DNA of 64,000 bases from Negaprion brevirostris (Eukaryota). A program made the translations under genes and the position numbers. Below the pieces are notes generated by a model. It saw only the letters and a program-made list of their open reading frames with translations, was not told the origin of the DNA and did no database searches. The stretch is from the NCBI GenBank assembly GCA_030324005.1, contig JARDVH010000106.1:52009185-52073184 (forward strand). Direction: 5' to 3'. Within the stretch, counting starts at the first letter, position 1. Each line of letters starts with the position of its first letter. Below are positions 59,842-64,000 of the stretch, piece after piece.

Positions 59842-60775
59842 TTCATCTCTGGAATCAATTTGGTGAGCCTCCTCTGAACTGCCTCTAATGCCATGATATC
59901 CTTCCTCAAAGAGGAGGACCAAAACTGTATACAGTACTCCATATGTGGTCTCACCAATCCCTTGTATAATTGCAGCAACACTTCCTTCCTTTTATATTCT
60001 ATTCCTTTAGCTATAAATGCCAAAATTTCATTTGCTTTCCTTATTACCTGCTGTACCCGAATACCCATTTTCTGCAACATATGCACAAAGACACCCAGAT
60101 CCCCCTGCATTGAAGCACTTCAAAGTGTTTCTCCGTTGAGGTAACAAGTTGCCTTTCCATTTTTCCAACTAAAATTAGATAACCTCACACTTTTCCACAT
60201 TAAACTTTTTATGCCACATTCTGGCCCACTCACCTAGTCAATCCACATCTATTTGTAAATTTCTTATTCGCCTGCTGCAACTTACTACCCTACCTATTTT
60301 CGTGTCATCTGCCTTCTATCACTATATCCAAGACATTGTTGGGGCCTGAGGACCAAACCCTATTGCACGCCACTATTTACATTTTAGCCAACAGAAAAAG
60401 ATTCATTTATCCCAACTTTCNNNNNNNNNNNNNNNNNNNNNNNNNNNNNNNNNNNNNNNNNNNNNNNNNNNNNNNNNNNNNNNNNNNNNNNNNNNNNNNN
60501 NNNNNNNNNNNNNNNNNNNNNNNNNNNNNNNNNNNNNNNNNNNNNNNNNNNNNNNNNNNNNNNNNNNCTATTATTCACTTGGCTTGTTACATCTTTGAGT
60601 AAAACTAGTAAATTAGTCAAACTCGATTTCCCCCTCATAAAACCACGCTGACTCTGATGGATTGTATTTTGACTTCCCAGATGTCCTGTTGTTATTATTA
60701 CTTGCTTAATAATGGATTCTATCGATTTCCCAACAACAGATGTTGGGAAATCGCGTTGGGAAGCACGGTAGACGT

Positions 60776-61037
60776 GGGCGGCACGGTAGTACAGTGGTTA
60801 GCACTGCTGCTTCACAGCTCCAGGGTCCTGGGTTCAATTCCTGGCTCGGGTCACTATCTGTATGGAGTTTGCACATTCTCCTCGTGTCTGCGTGGATTTC
60901 CTCCAGGTGCTCCAGTTTCCTCCCACAGTCCAAAGATGTGCTGGTTAGGTTGATTGGCCATGCTAAGAAATTGCCTCTTCGTGTTCAGGGTAGCGGAGGT
61001 TAGAGGGTTTAGTGGGTATAATATGTAGGGATATGGG
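60776..61037 (+). mobile_element. HE1-type V-SINE
   Basis: Head 'gggcggcacggtagtacagtggttagcactgctgcttcacagctccaggg' and V core. Confidence 0.9.
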
Positions 61038-62087
61038 NNNNNNNNNNATGATCTATGTTAAACTAACTGGTCTATAATTTCCTACCTTCTGCCTTCCTCC
61101 CTTTTTGAATAAGGGCATTGTATTAGGATTTTCCAAACTGCTGGAACTTCACCCACGTCCAGGGAATTTTGGAAGATTATAACCAATGAATCCACTATCT
61201 CCTCTGCCACTTCCTTTAATACTCTAAGATATTGGCCATCAGGCCCTGGGGACTTGTCTGCCTTCAATCCCAATAGTTTGTTGAGTATTATTTATCTGGA
61301 GATATTAATTATTCTAAGTTTCTCCCTTTCCATTTCCTCTGCATTACCAGTTACTATTGGGATGGTACTAGTGTCCTCCACCGTAAAAAACTGAGGCAAA
61401 ACACTGATTTAGTGTCTCTGCCATTTCTGTGTTTCACTTAAGTAACTCCCCAATCTTATCCTCTTTAGCTACTCTTTTCCCTTTTACATATTTAGAGAAG
61501 CTTTTGCTATCCTTTTTATATTTTTGCTAGTTCTTTTTCATAATTTATCTTTGCTCTTTTTATTACTTTTTAGTAACCTTTAGTTGATCTTAAAACATTT
61601 CTCAATCTTCCAGCCCAACACTGACATAATACGCCTTAGTTTTTGTCCGTATGTTATCTTTAACTTCGTTGCTTAACCATGGGTGTTTCCCCTTCCCTCT
61701 TACAATCTCTCTCCCTCTCTGGAATATATTTTAGTTGGGAGGAATTGAATATCCCCTTAAACAATTGCCACTGCTCATCAACTGTCCCATCTTTTAGATT
61801 CCTGCCCAGTCCACAAGGCCAAGCCTGTCCTCATGCCTACACAATTCCTTTGTTTAACTCCAAAATATGAGTGCATGACTCCAGTTTCTCACCCTGAAAC
61901 TGAATTTTGGAAATTCTTTCATACTATGATCACTCTTTCCCAGAGAATCCTTTACTATGAGTTCATTAATTAATTCCCATTTATTACACAATATTAAATC
62001 CAGAATAGTCAGCTCTCTGGTTGGTTGCACAACATTCTCTCTAATACATTCAACAAACTCTCCCTTGAGACTACCTTTGCCAATTTA

Positions 62088-62199
62088 AGAACATAAGAAA
62101 TAGGAGGAGTAGGCCATCTAGCTCAAGCCTGCCCCGCCATTCACTAACATCATGGCTGATCTGAAGTGGATCAGTTCCACTTTCCCGCTTTCTCCCCAT
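62088..62199 (-). mobile_element. Young CR1 3' tail abutting a gap
   Basis: Nearly identical to 45938-46037. Confidence 0.85.
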
Positions 62200-62299
62200 N
62201 NNNNNNNNNNNNNNNNNNNNNNNNNNNNNNNNNNNNNNNNNNNNNNNNNNNNNNNNNNNNNNNNNNNNNNNNNNNNNNNNNNNNNNNNNNNNNNNNNNN

Positions 62300-62380
62300 A
62301 GATAGTGACCCAAGTTGCGAATCGAACCCAGGTCCCTGGAGCTGTGAAGCAGCAGTGCTAACCACTGTGCTACCGTGCCT
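62300..62380 (-). mobile_element. HE1 SINE head
   Basis: Reads 'gaatcgaacccaggtccctggagctgtgaagcagcagtgctaaccactgtgctaccgtgc'. Confidence 0.85.
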
Positions 62381-63541
62381 CCCACATCATCATGTCAGGT
62401 CCACGTTGACAGGGACCATGCATGATCTCGCTGGTAAGGACCTCAACCAGCAAGATTGTTAAAGCAAGTGAGCTTGTACAACTGTGTTTTGGACTCACTT
62501 ACAATATTAAAATTAACAAATATTTAAATCAGTCTTGTGCCCTTCCTTGGTATGAAGCTGATTACGCCTGCCGAATCCGGCCGGTAACATCGTGAGAAGC
62601 AAGAAACCGGGTGGGATTTTTTGCCTCTCGCTTAATCTTATCAGTTCGCCACACTAATTGACTGGTATCACAAGCCGGAGAGATTGCCCCCAAAGCCTTT
62701 AAGTTTGTTCTCTTATCAAGTTTCCTGACTCTTACATAATTCCTTGTTGCAAAATGATGTTCAGCTGCTGTGTCCCATCCTTTTATTTTCTGGTAACAAT
62801 CCACCTCGTCACTAACCTGCACCTTCTTCCCCTTGAGTTTTGATTTTCTAATTTTCCATGCAACTAAACGTGCCCCCTTCTCTATTTCAGTAAAACCAAC
62901 ATACCAGCAAAAGACTGCAACTTACGGTGGATGGATATAGTCTTTCCAGCTTTCCCTCTAAATGTTTGTAAATCACAGTTAACAATTCAAAAATATATAT
63001 CTTATAAGTTATAAATTTTAAGGCAGCGAGTTGAAGCGCCAATATATTTCAATAGGAGCACCAAAACATCAAATCACTATTCAGCAAAAATAAACTCGAA
63101 ATGTACAACTGACAAAATTATTTACATAAAACCATTTGTTTCATTCCCAGAATAAGGCAGCAGCCAGTCGTAGTGTTTATCTGAAAGCTATTACAAGTAG
63201 AAACAAAATGAAGGCAATCTGCCTGAAGGTTCTTGAAGTTTGATCTGTTTAGGGTCAAATAGTGGACAGGCTTGATTTTCATATAGTATCTGAACAATTT
63301 TGATTTTCATAAACTAAATTTCTTTTAAAAAAGTTATCGAATACAGATACCAGCAACACAAGAGAACAGTACATGTTGAAGTGCAGTGCAATAGCAGCAT
63401 GCCATCATTTTAAAGTGATCCAGCCTCAGTTTACTCCGGCCTGGAATTGAACACACACAGCTCTGATGTACTCAAGCCTTCTTTCCAAGCATATNNNNNN
63501 NNNNNNNNNNGTGGGTCTCGAATTGATAAATAAATGCATAA

Positions 63542-63870
63542 AGGCCAGGATTTTCTGCTCCCGTTTTTGTCAGACGGGTTTAGTGATGAGAGTGGAAAAT
63601 CAGTAGCAGAGGGCAGTGCGCAGGCAATGCCAAGGGAAGTACTAGGGGCACTGCGTTCCAAAAATGAACCCCTTTGCATTGGAGCAGTCTATAAAAACGT
63701 CACCCCAATCTTTGCTGCTGGCTCAGAGCATCATGTGACCTGTCCCTTTATGTTTTGCACATTAAGTCCAGAACAAGGTGCTAGAGAAAGCTGCCATTGC
63801 TGTCAAAGGCTTCAATGCTGCTTTGCCTGCCCATTGTCAGCATTTGCCAAATTCCAGGAAAATTCTACAC
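63542..63870. mobile_element. Non-autonomous TIR element (GGCCAGGATTTTCT...GAAAATTCTACAC)
   Basis: Degenerate TIRs of the same type as the other MITEs. Confidence 0.55.
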
Positions 63871-63924
63871 AATTTCTTCTGAGCGAGTGATGCCTTTATT
63901 GATTGCAGATTGGAAAGCAGCAAA

Positions 63925-64000
63925 TGTGACACTACTGTTTAAAAAAAAAGGAGGTAGACAAAAAGCAAGTAACTACAGGCCGGTTAGCTTAACTTCTGTA
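63925..64000 (+). mobile_element. CR1 RT fragment (runs off the window)
   Basis: LFKK(K)GGRQKASNYRPVSLTSV motif. Confidence 0.85.

Larger units (their letters stand above)
59255..62085 (-). mobile_element. Long CR1 LINE ORF2 remnant (with MITE and HE1 insertions and gaps)
   Basis: KADKSPGPDGQYLRVLKEVAEEIVDSLVIIFQNSLD; GKSSLTNLL; QGDLGVFVH..QQVIRKANEILAFIAKGIEYKRKEVLLQLYKGLVRPHMEYCIQFWS; CR1 tail at 59255-59340. Confidence 0.92.

Overview
Vertebrate non-coding DNA, almost certainly from a shark: it carries HE1-type V-SINEs, abundant CR1 LINEs, and Penelope, RTE and Rex/Babar fossils. The window is AT-rich and repeat-dense, with about 14 N-gaps. No intact protein-coding gene or confidently identifiable host exon was found; the recognisable ORF-track hits are decayed retroelement RT/endonuclease fragments or SINE translations. 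It looks like a large intron or gene desert with a few repeat-free, CNE-like islands. Two observations stand out. (1) A 34-bp near-perfect inverted repeat in unique sequence (41924-41957 / 42893-42926) has one G:U or A:C mismatch, and its 3' arm starts exactly on a strong + strand 3' splice-site consensus. (2) A non-LTR retrotransposon family appears to carry a tRNA-derived Pol III head fused just upstream of an APE-RT ORF, and the local tRNA-SINE looks like its internal-deletion derivative. Most repeat boundaries were read by eye and are approximate (about +/-20-50 bp) unless a TSD or TIR is quoted.
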